From Callorhinchus milii (Eukaryota), in NCBI RefSeq assembly GCF_018977255.1, contig NW_024704752.1, forward strand, positions 9,300,001-9,364,000: 64,000 bases of DNA. The letters are read 5' to 3'. A program made the translations under genes and the position numbers. The number at the start of each line of letters is the position of its first letter. The stretch's first letter is position 1. Below, in pieces: positions 44,101 to 56,100 of this stretch. The notes beneath the pieces are model-generated. The model saw nothing but the letters and a program-made list of their open reading frames with translations. It had not been told where the DNA came from and made no database searches.

Positions 44101-47100
44101 ACCTGAGCTAGGATGGAGATCAGGGGTGGGAACAAGTGATGAAAGGTGCAGTCAAAGAGATGTCTTTAGACAGGTTTTAGAAAGCAGAGAGGGATGAGGT
44201 AAAGTGATGTCAAAGAGTTTTAGTAAGGGTTAGAAATACACCTGGTGATGGGGCAGAAGGTGTGGGGCTTAATGTAGACCAGAGTTAGTGGGGAAGAGGG
44301 AGTAGAGCCACAGGAGACCAGAGGTTCAGTGGACCAAAGCTGCAGAGGCCTTTAAAACTAAGGAGGATCTCAAGCTTGATCTGCTGGGGGCGGGGAGCCA
44401 GCGGAGCTGCCTTAGGATGGGGTGATGGGCCTTTCTGCTCTTTATGGCTCAATTTGACAATTTGAGGCCGGAGGATATTCAGGAGAACACAATTAGGAGA
44501 ATATTACTTGACCACTAAATACTGAAATATAATTTTATTAAGCGAAAATCCTTGAAATATTTAAAGAAATTAAAAAATATTATTTTGGTAATTATAATTG
44601 GTAATTGATAACCACTATTGATCTAATTGGAATAAATGTAAACATAAATAAGCAAATAATACCTTAGATTGTAACTGAGAGGCAGGGAATGCAGGTATTT
44701 TATCCCAGGTTATCTTTAGGGTCCATTTTGCCTTATATTGAATTTCAAAATACTTTTTTATTATTCCCTCTACTCTCTGTATCAAACTGGGAGATTCAGA
44801 TCTATAGGTATGGTATTCCTGTAAAATACAAGCATATTTGTAATTAGAACAAAAAGCAAATCATCCTGACACTCTGAACCTCCATAATGCCCAGTGTTAT
44901 CTACTGTCGGAATGCTACAATTATAGTAGATTTTAGAATGAAATAATTTGAAACAATTAACTACAGACAGCTCACCATAATATCAGATAATATTGATCAT
45001 AGAATTACGTAGCACAGATGCCTAACTAGTCCGTGCTGAGGTTTATATTCCACAAGAGCCTCCAGATCCTCTCTCCTATAAACCCTATATTAACTTCTCC
45101 TCAAATATACATCAAGTTTCCTCTTGAATACATTCATACTTTTTGCTTCAACCACAGCTTCCAGCAAAGAATTCCATATTCTCAATGTCCTCTACATAGA
45201 GAAGTTCTTCCTAAACTCCTTATTAGATCTGTCCAGTCAACAGTGCGAAACATTTTGGGATATCCTCATAATATGGAAGGGCTATATAAATACTGTATAA
45301 CTTGCATGTTATTGGCTTTCTTATATTTATCCCATTTCATTTAGGCTCACCAACAAATGGAAACATCCTATTAATTTCTACATTATCAAATTCTTTCATA
45401 ATTTTGAACACCTCAATCAGGTCCCCTCTCAATCATCTCATCTCCATACAGAAACATTCCAGTCTGTCCAATCTTTCTTAATAGCTATATCCACTCATTC
45501 CTGGTAACATTCTAGCTGCTCTCCCTTCAATGTTATACTATCCTTCTTGTAATATGGTGAATAGAATTGCACACAGTATTCTAAATGGGATCTAATCAAG
45601 GTTTATGTAAATCTAACATTACTTCCCTACGTTTCTACTCTATTCCTCTGGATATAAAGCATTCTGAACCACGTGAAACCTGTATAATACTTTTTTTTCT
45701 TTTTATTCTCTGCTTCATTGATCCATGTATTGACTCGCATATCAAGTATGATGCCTATTTGACTGTGAGTGCAAATAGGCAGGCTTAAACTGAGCCTAAT
45801 TCTGTTCTGGTTTGGAATGAAATGTTAGTTTCCCTCAGTAAACATTACGCTAGTCTAATTTAATTCAGTCTGTTCACAATGCAATTGATACAATTGCCCA
45901 ACTGCCCAAATGTAACTCTACCTGATAGAAAACTGTTGCACCAGCTGAAAGGTCTGCGTCTGCCCAGAATGCGGCTATCATGGGGATTGTCGAAGATGCA
46001 GTAAAGCCACCTGAAAATGGATTGGTGTATCTGTAGACCTCAGACTCTGCTGATGGGAAAACTATCAGTCCATTGTCTGTAAACTGGTAAAACAACAAAA
46101 AACTTCACAAAAAGCAGTTTAAACATTACAATTAAATATAATCAATCCAGATCATTTGCTCGCTCTTTATCTCCCCACATGAATTATCTCATCAGCAATA
46201 ATGTTGCAGTAAATATTCTGCTAGGTCCATTGTACATAATGTGAACAACAGAGGAACCAGCGCAGACCCAAATGCAACTTTTCTGGTCACTCCTTTCCAA
46301 AAAGCTATTTTCACTTAATCATTGAGATTTCCTATTAGTAAACTAGATTCCAACAAGCTACTTTGCCATGAATTATTATAATTATATCTAGTACTATTAA
46401 TTGCAAAAGCTTTGATCTTCCTCTGAAGTCTCCCAACTTTGTCAAACACCTTTTGTTTGAGTTCATTACATCACTCACGTAAAGAAGAAACTGGAGGCTG
46501 TTTCCCATAGGAAAGCCGATTTCTGGCTTGAAAATGGGAGATGTGACATCAGATGCTGCTGTAGTCAATGTTTGATCTCCAAACTCCACTCCATAATCCA
46601 AAAGTTTGAGACCTACCAAAACAAAGTATAATTAAGATACAATACGAGGGCCAATATATTCCCAAGGTAAAATCAAACTTGAAAGTAAAATCACTTGACA
46701 ATGGTGTTAAATATGCTGGGAAATCATAAACTAAATAGGTCTAGTCGAGATGGTTTGGTTTTCAAATGTCCAACAAAATTAGGCTTTTTATACAGGCACG
46801 TTATTTCAACCAGAGATGATTACTCTCAAGGCTGGGATCAAGGTAACTGTTATGGCATAGCAGTCTTTCCTGCTCACATGTGTAAAAACATGTCTGAGAT
46901 GGATGAAAGTAGTACATCTATCATACTTGTGATTTGTTCAAAAAAAATCGCTACATAATTTTTAGCCAAACTGAGTTCAGTTTTATGGAAGTTATGTTCA
47001 CGTCCAAAACAATGACAGGATCTGGGGGGGAGCATTGCCTTCTTTTTAGGACAAAATTGATGGAGTAGGTTAAAGATCAATAAAATGGTACCAATACAAT

Positions 47101-50100
47101 GTACACTTTACAGTAGAGAGCCTGATATCCCAACTGATCAGCAATTATTATTTTCACAATAATGCCAAATAATACCAGACTTTTTCTCGCTTACTATGTT
47201 CTCTCTGTGTTTCTGACTTTCTGTCTCTCTCTAATCCTGTATCAGACCACTGATTAATTAAACCTTCTTGCCCTGCGAGAAGAGGGGGAGGAGCAGAGCT
47301 TGAAGGAGTTTTGGGATAAGGCAGAGTGGTGGGACTTGCTCTGTGAGCTGGTACAGACTCGGTGGGCTGAATGGCCTCTTTCTGTGCTTTACATTCCCAT
47401 GTTTGTATGTTTTCTATGCTGTTTTAAATGGACTCGTGAATATTCCTACCATTGGTTTGTACAATCAAAGAGTTATGCAAACATTTCAGTCCGAATTTAC
47501 TTCTGGGATGTTAGTGTTGATGCACTTAAGTGACATTTGATTATCTGGCGTGCAGATATCCAGTGTTGTACTATATAAACACTGTATTAATAGCCCATGT
47601 TTGTAGGGAGGGGAATATTGAGGGAATTAAGGAGGCCCCACAAACACAAGCTTTGTTTTGAGTTCCTACGAAAAAATTAACTGGAGCACAGATAGGTCAA
47701 CAGGCCTTGATTTCAACCGTCAAAATGCAGGGAAGAAGAGAAAGAGTGTGTGGAATGTCTGGTAAGGAACGTTCAAAGGAAAAATAATCATAGTCTTTAT
47801 ACTTGGGAAAGAATAACTAGCATTAGTTGGTGTTGATTGATAGCTGAGCACAAACTGAACACAATGTATGGAAAGAATCATTTAAATTCTTACATCCACC
47901 ACCAGAGGTACTTGGCAGGGTAGTTGTCGCTGATGTGGTTTTGGTGGTGCCTGCAGTGCTTTTGGTGGTGCCTGCAGTGGTTTTACTGGTGCCTGCAGTG
48001 GTTTTGCTGGTGCCTGCAGTGGTTTTGCTGGTGCCTGCAGTGGTTTTGCTGGTGCCTGCAGTGGTTTTGCTGGTGCCTGCAGTGGTTTCGGTGGTGCCTG
48101 CAGTGGTTTCGGTGGTGTCTGCAGTGGTTTCGATGGTGCCTGCAGTGGTTTTGGTGGTGCCTGCAATGGTTTCGGTGGTGCCTGCAATGGTTTCGGTGGT
48201 GCCTGCAATGGGTTTGCTGGTGCCTGCAATGGGTTTGCTGGTGCCTGCAGTGGTTTTGCTGGTGCCTGCAGTGGCTTCGATGGTGCCTGCAGTGGTTTTG
48301 CTGGTGCCTGCAGTGGTTTCGGTGGTGCCTGCAGTGGTTTCGATGGTGCCTGCAGTGGTTTCGATGGTGCCTGCAGTGGTTTTGGTGGTGCCTGCAATGG
48401 TTTCGGTGGTGCCTGCAATGGGTTTGCTGGTGCCTGCAATGGGTTTGCTGGTGCCTGCAGTGGTTTTGCTGGTGCCTGCAGTGGCTTCGATGGTGCCTGC
48501 AGTGGTTTTGCTGGTGCCTGCAGTGGTTTTGCTGGTGCCTGCAGTGGTTTCAGTGGTGCCTGCAGTGGTTTTGCTGGTGCCTGCAGTGGTTTCGCTGGTG
48601 CCTGCAGTGGCTTCGATGGTGCCTGCAGTGGTTTTGCTGGTGCCTGCAGTGGTTTCGGTGGTGCCTGCAGTGGTTTTGGTGGTGCCTGCAATGGTTTCGG
48701 TGGTGCCTGCAATGGTTTCGGTGGTGCCTGCAATGGGTTTGCTGGTGCCTGCAGTGGGTTTTGCTGGTGCCTGCAGTGGCTTTGCTGGTGCCTGCAGTGG
48801 TTTTGCTGGTGCCTGCAGTGGTTTTGCTGGTGCCTGCAGTGGTTTTGCTGGTGCCTGCAGTGGTTTTGCTGGTGCCTGCAGTGGTTTCAGTGGTGCCTGC
48901 AATGGGTTTGCTGGTGCCTGCAGTGGTTTCGCTGGTGCCTGCAGTGGTTTTGCTGGTGCCTGCAGTGGTTTCAGTGGTGCCTGCAGTGGTTTTGCTGGTG
49001 CCTGCAGTGGTTTCAGTGGTGCCTGCAGTGGTTTTGCTGGTGCCTGCAGTGGTTTTGATCGTCCCTGCAGTGGTTTCGGTGGTGCCTGCAGTGGTTTGGA
49101 TGGTGGCTGCTCCTGAAGTGCTGATGGTTGTTGCTGTTGTGGGTGAAGAGTTGACGGCTGCGGTTGCGGGTGAAGTGCTGTTGGTTGTTGCTATTGCTGT
49201 TGTGGGTGAAGAGCTGTTGATTGTTACTGTTGCGGGTGAAGAGCTGTTGGTTGTTGCTGTTGTGGGTGAAGTGCTGTTGGTTGTTGCTGTTGCGGGTGAA
49301 GTGCTGTTGATTGTTGTTGCTGTTGTGGGTGAAGAACTGTTGGTTGCTGAGGTGGTGCTTGTGTTTGTGGGGACTGTTGTGTTTATATTTGCTCCAGGTG
49401 TGGTTGCTATTGTGGTCAAATTTCCTAAACCAGTGATATTTAAAAAAAAGAAAGGATTAGACAATATACAAGGTGTACCAATCGCTTCTACTACAGTTTA
49501 AAACCCAAGTTATTTTTGGTGATAACTGTGGACAGCATGACTGGTAGGATTGTATTTCACCTGAAAGCATCATGTATCCTTCATTCTGCAGCTTTTGCAA
49601 TAAGCAACCACTAAGAGAATTTAGGTGAAGGATCAACACAAGCAGAAGAGGCTTTGCTTTACACCAAACTGCAATCCAACTTTCCTTTAACTGGCACTGC
49701 TATGACCGGTGGAGATAAGAACCAGTAAAAAAAACTAGTCCCTCTCTCAACACAATGGTTTCCTTGAGCACATGATCAGTGAAGTATTTTCATAGTATTA
49801 TATTTTAGCCATAATATATGCTCTGTTAAAAACTTATTTTGTCTTTTAAAAGACAGGAAAAATCAGTTGATTTAACCTCAGTAGCCAGACTGTCACTGCA
49901 CTTTTATAGTCAACAGAAATGTCTGTGCTTCTATTCAGCTGTGGTTGATAAAATGCATATTGTATCGCTTGTACTGTGAGGAACAGGTGGCTTCAAGACT
50001 TTTTCCATCTGTACAACATGTGCAAGTAGAACTTTAATAAAACTTCCAATTTGCTCAATCTCCTGAGGGAGGTGACAAACTACCAGAAAAACTCTGAAAG

Positions 50101-53100
50101 ATGATGTTCCTTCATACCCAAAGATAATTGAATAAAACTCGGTTGGGGGGTGGGGGGGGGGGGGGAATTCTACCTGGGTCCTGCAGAAACTTGTTTGCTT
50201 TGTACTTTAGAGCATTGCATTTGGACAATTCTTAAATTGTACAGTTGGTTCCTTCATATCCTTGTGGAAAAGAAGTTGAAAGATCCCTCAATATTGATGC
50301 AAATGGAATTAATTTTCTCTGAACAGATATTACTATCAAGATATTCATCCACATCCAGAAAGATCAATAGAAAAAAAATCATATTCTTGTCATTTACTAC
50401 AAAGGCTATGGTTAGGATAGTTCATAAATGCATCAATATTATTGCAAAGAAAGTTTTTAACATTGAATTGTCTCGTTACAATTTGAAGAAGTGCTAAAGG
50501 AAGAGAGAGCAATTTTGTATAAAGGCAGAATGCATTGGACTCCAGATGTTGAGGACGAAGAGCTAGGGGAATTGACGAAGAGGGTGGGAATTAGGAGATG
50601 CACAAAACTTGGAGAGGCTGGTCAGAATGTTCAAACTTGGCTACATTGGTCAGCCAATAAAAATAATCAGACACACAAAACAAGAGGCATAGAGTGAACA
50701 GGAGGAATGTCAATATGGAAGTTGTAACAAGAACATATTATTTTAAAATGTGAAGAGTTGATGATTTTCCAAGCATCTGTATAGGAAAGAATGTCGTGCC
50801 ATGGCAAAGGTTAGTTCTTATGTTTCTAATACTTTTAGCTATAAAATTGTGAATTGATGGTACTCTAATAATTAGCACCAATCATTTCACTTGTTAAATA
50901 ACTCCAAATTAGTGTACTAATTAATTCCATTTTATTGACAAAGTTTAACCTAACAATATTCAAAAGAACAAAGAAAGAACCTAAACAACTAAGCAAGGCG
51001 AGTTCTTCCAGAGACTCGGTCTTATCCTGGTAAACAGATGCAATTGAAAGATCCCTCAATATTCTCACAAATAGAATTATTGGTCCCAGAACAGACATTG
51101 TCATCAAGACATTCATTCACACCTGAAAGCATAAGAGATTTCTTAGGACTCGGGTTATTGTTAATGAAATAATTTAATAATTTGAGTGAGCAAAGGAAAA
51201 TAAGACGTTGTTTGAAGATAATAAATTTGGAGGTGGTATAAAGGACAAACAAAAAACTGGGTTGTGCTAGTAAAGGTGAATAATATCAAAAAGTTCACAC
51301 TGTAGATAAGGGATTGGTCAGATCTCATCTAATAATAATAATAATCCTTGCATTTGATATAGCGCTTTTTACGTCTTCTAGACGTCCCAAAGTGCTTCAC
51401 AGAATATACTATAAAGTGAATTGACTGTATATTTGTGGGCGAACGCGGCAGCCAATTGCGCACAGCAATGTCCCACAAACAGTCGTAGATTGAAAATGAC
51501 CAATTTATTATTGTTTTTTTTTTGGAGGGATTATTATTAGGCTCTGTGTGGAGTAAGGAAACTTGCCCAAGGTTTCGCCCTCTGCCTGGAATTGAACTCG
51601 GGTCTCTCGCTTACAAAGCGAGTGCTCTAACCACTGAGCTACAGGACTGGACTCCACAAGTACTGTGGAGTAGTGTGTGCAGCATTTGCCATCAGAAAAT
51701 AGTGGTAATATTGGCTTTGACAAAGTCAGTGAGGAGATTGAGGGTCTTCTTTTCTGTTTGGAGTTTTGGGGAAAATGCAAAGCTTATGAACTAAAATAAC
51801 TCAGACTTACCGTTGCATACAATCCCATCTCCAGAATATCCAGCTAAGCATTGGCAAGCATATGAACCTTCTAGGTTAGCACAGAGACCTCGACTTTTGG
51901 AACAGTTATTTGTTTCTGACAGTGAACATTCATCAATATCTGCAGATGGAATTTTCAGACATCATTAATATCAAATCATGAAATCTCTTATAGCGCTTGT
52001 TAAAAAAAAATAAAAGAAATAAAATCAAAACGACAACTCGCATTTATATTCGGCCCTTCACACAGGATAGTGTCAAGGAGAGCTACAGAGGTGGCAGGGT
52101 TGGAAGCTAATATAGAGGAGTATAAATCCCAATTTAGCACATTTATGATTAGCAATAATATTGAATGAAAATATTTTGTAATCCATCTGTACCTTTGCAT
52201 ATTCCACTGTTACTCACAAATCCAGTCTTGCATCCACATTTGTAAGAGGCTTCAATATTAACACATAATTGCCCCGTCTCAGAGCATTTATTTGTATTCT
52301 GACATTCATCAATATCTGGAAAAAGAAAACAAACCCAATTCCATTCAAAAGTGCTTGAATCAGAGAAATATTCCTGCGAACCTACATATATTGTACTTTC
52401 ATCAGAGTGTGACCTTTATCTGAGTATCAAGGATGTATTTTCACATCTGCACTGAGCTGCTGATATCCTACTTGAATTCTAGTCATAATGATTCTGTGGA
52501 CTTCAAAATTTGTAATGATATTTTCATCAGCCATAGTATTAACGGTAGTAGAGTAGAATTTTTCTTTGGCAGATTTTGTGAGCTAAAATATGCAGCACAA
52601 TGTTAGATCGATGAGTTTCGATGAGTAATTTACAGTTCAATGTTTGCCAGATTCAAAGCATGTGAGCAATAAAGTAGTGATGTATTGGATTAGTGTGAAA
52701 ATACTTTAAATTAATATGTTGACATTACTCAGAAACAATGCGCAAAAATAATGAAATTTGTAGTTTAAACTACGGTTAATGTTTTTCTTGATGTTGAGTC
52801 TTTGGTTGAGTAATCAGCTCCGACAGTCTAAGAGACTTTAAAGTAACCTGGTAACAATTATTAGCCTCAACACTTATCAAATTCCAAAATATTAATTAAG
52901 TACAGTTGATGTTACATAATTGACATTATGGGTAGATTTACTGAACATTGATACAATCAGTAAGATAAGATAATTCCAGTCAGCAAACTATTCCGGTGTA
53001 ATATGTATCCTGAGTTTTGCTATATTCCATGAGACACTTACAATCAAACAATCATCTCTTCAGTTACCTTGGCAAGAACCGTTCACCCTTTCATATCCAG

Positions 53101-56100
53101 GAAGACATTTGCAGGCATAATTTCCAAAGCTGTTTTCACACACCTCATTGGAAGAACATGTTTCAGAGGTGTCTGCACACTCATCAATATCTGCAACATC
53201 ATATAATTCATGTTTCTTATTAAAATCCATAACCTTTTTTTAAACACAGGACTCGCTGCTTAGATCAAGTCAATTTGCCTTGTTTTAGTTTCATTTGAAA
53301 TGAGTTTTGAGGGATTACTTTTTAACCATTACCTCCCATTTGAAGGGATTTGTGCATCAATAATGCAGGATGAGATTTTCTGGCTAATTGATCAGATGTT
53401 GCTTCTCTGGCTCCCTGCCTTATAATCCTTTCCCCATTTTCTCCCTCATAAAATGTCTCATCATTCTTTCTCCCCCCACCCAACCACCCCATACCACTCC
53501 CATTTCTCTTCTCACAATTTGCCTCTATTGGACTGTAAACAATACCTTCACAGAACGTTCCATTTCCCTGGAATCCAGACATGCATGAACATTTAAATGA
53601 GCCCGCTGTGTTATTACAGGTCGCCATTTTGTGACAGTTGTCCTGAATCTTGGCACATTCGTCAATATCAATGCAGTTGGGACCCTCGTATCCAGTGTTA
53701 CACATACATGTGTACGAGCCGACAGTATTCAGGCAATCCGAATTGAAGACACAGTTGCTCCGATTTGACGTACATTCATCAATATCTGTTTTCAATTAAA
53801 ACAGCCAAACAAGGTAACAGAAATAACATGACTTCAAAATTATTGGTTAGATTCAATCAACCTCTTCCTGACCGCTCTAACATTCTCTCTGAGATTACTG
53901 GAATTTGACCACTCTGGTTTCACTCGCAGGTATTTGAAACATTATGGAAGTAGATTTTGGTATTGATAAACTTAAATGAGTGGCCGACAAACATAGGGCA
54001 GAACGCTACATAAGTGAGAAGTTGAGAGAGAAATCAAGAAATGCTAAGATAATGCCAAGCAATGTTTAAAAAATCTATACAGGAATTAGGAAAAAGGGGG
54101 ACACTGAGGGATTTAAGGAGTTCTTGAAGTCCTGTGACAGAATAATTAAAGTAGGAAATTGAATTGTAAGTCTTGATTTCAACACAGGGAGTTGGACTGA
54201 GAGAACCAAGAGTGGGAGAGAAGAGGAATGCAAGTGAGGAGAATATATTATTACTGTGGTTTCTTCTACTGTTCTCGTCCTGTTAAGAGGGAGATGGTGA
54301 GGAAAGGACAATGGCGATAGTTTGAATAAACAGACTGAAGGTCATTTTTTGGGAAGAGGTCATCGGAGAGTACGTGGTAACTTTACTGCCACTCAGAACA
54401 TTCCTCCATCAGTGGGGTTCAAATTGCAGGTTGTGCTAACTGTATATAAATGTGTCCTCAGAAGGAAATACAAGTCCATATAATGTAAATAACCAATGAT
54501 TCTGTAACCCTTCTCATTGGTGGCATAATTAAGTGTACCTGTAAGTCCCTCTTTACACATGTGTTTACTAATAAATAGCACACCTCACAAATTTACACCT
54601 CAGTTACATGTTGTTAATTGATGGTACTCCATTGTGATTACTTACTAAATTCTAGCATTAAAATAATTAGTAAATTGGATGATTATTCTTTTTTAAAAAG
54701 GAACTTTGGTAAATAAAAGTTGCAATCGGTAATACTCTACAGAACGTTAGAGTCACACCAATGCCTGCTGCAAGACTCAGTTCTTCCAGATATAAAGTCT
54801 TATATAAAAACATATTTCTCACCTGCACATTGGGCTCCTTCATATCCCTGCAGACAGGTACAATGAAAAGATCCATCAGTATTGCTACAAGTTGACTTAC
54901 TGATGGCTGAACATTTATTGATATTAAGACATTCATTAATATCTGAAAGAAAATGAAAGAAAATAATGGAAATGATTTTCATTCCATGTAATGATTATAA
55001 CAATGTTCAATGGTTAGTGGAGTTAGTATAGAGTGTCAGCAAACTGAAGGAACTGAGACCTCAAACTTCCCATTACAATCTGATGAGTTGGCAGTCAAAG
55101 GGATGCCACTTAATATTAAATCACAAGTTTCTTCATTCCATTTATGCTGGAAATTAGAATTACGAATAACTTTGTGATCAATGTGACAGTATTATACAGA
55201 GATATGGGATTGTGCAATAGATCTGAACACTTCATTCAGGCTAGGTTTGGACACAGTACAGGGTGATGGGATGAAAGTTTTTTTTATCCCCAATACTATA
55301 ACCATCCCAAATCAAATTTTCCAGAGGCATGAATGTTAGGAACAGGAGAATCCTATTTGGAGTTAGAGCTTCCATTACCTTCATGTAGAGGAGATATGAC
55401 TCTGAAAGATATGTTTTAATCATTGTGATTGGACTCAGTGATATTTCTTGCATACGTAAATCTCTGACAACAATCCACAAGTTGCACGATTATATGAGAA
55501 GTCCTTGCACATGTGCAAGTCTATAAGAAATTTATTTGCTATCTCCGATTGGCAAATAGATCCAAATGGTAATGAAGCCAGGGAAAGCCTGAGGGAAAAG
55601 TCGCCTGATGATCAAATGCATCTTCGAGCCTCTATCAGTATTTGCATAAGGGCGATTGCAAAAATAAATTTCTAATAGTTTTCCATGAGAGCGAAAGCCT
55701 CAGAATTCATTATATGTATTATAGTTGTTTATGGATGCATCAAGTGTTAGTTTGTCCCTCAGGAAGCAAAGAGCCAATGTAAAAGTCATGGAAAATCAAA
55801 ATGTGCCAACACATTCCGTGCCTCAGGTGCCCAAATATAAATATCACTAAGCAGACTTCATTGTAAAGTAAGATTTAGGGATTGAAATGACCTATTCTGT
55901 TTACACATTAAATGGTAAAATTAAAATTAATAGTCTTCATATTGTACCAATGCAGAATCGATATGGCTCGCCGTTGTATCCAGTCTTGCAAGAACATGAG
56001 TAGTTTCCCATTGTGTTGGTACAGTCTGCGTTCTGGGGACATGTGGAAGCGTTGTTGCATTCATCAATGTCTGAAAGTCATATGAAATGGGTAATTACAA

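Noticed and set aside
47936-49100. CRISPR-like array
   Set aside because: Head-to-tail units with no unique spacers in a vertebrate exon; it is a coding minisatellite.
47882-49501. Long ORFs reading (WCLQWFC)n, (VVPAVVL)n, (ACSGFAG)n and (PLQAPAK)n
   Set aside because: These are shadow frames of a nearly stop-free 21-bp repeat. Only the Thr-rich - strand frame has splice sites in phase with the neighbouring exons.
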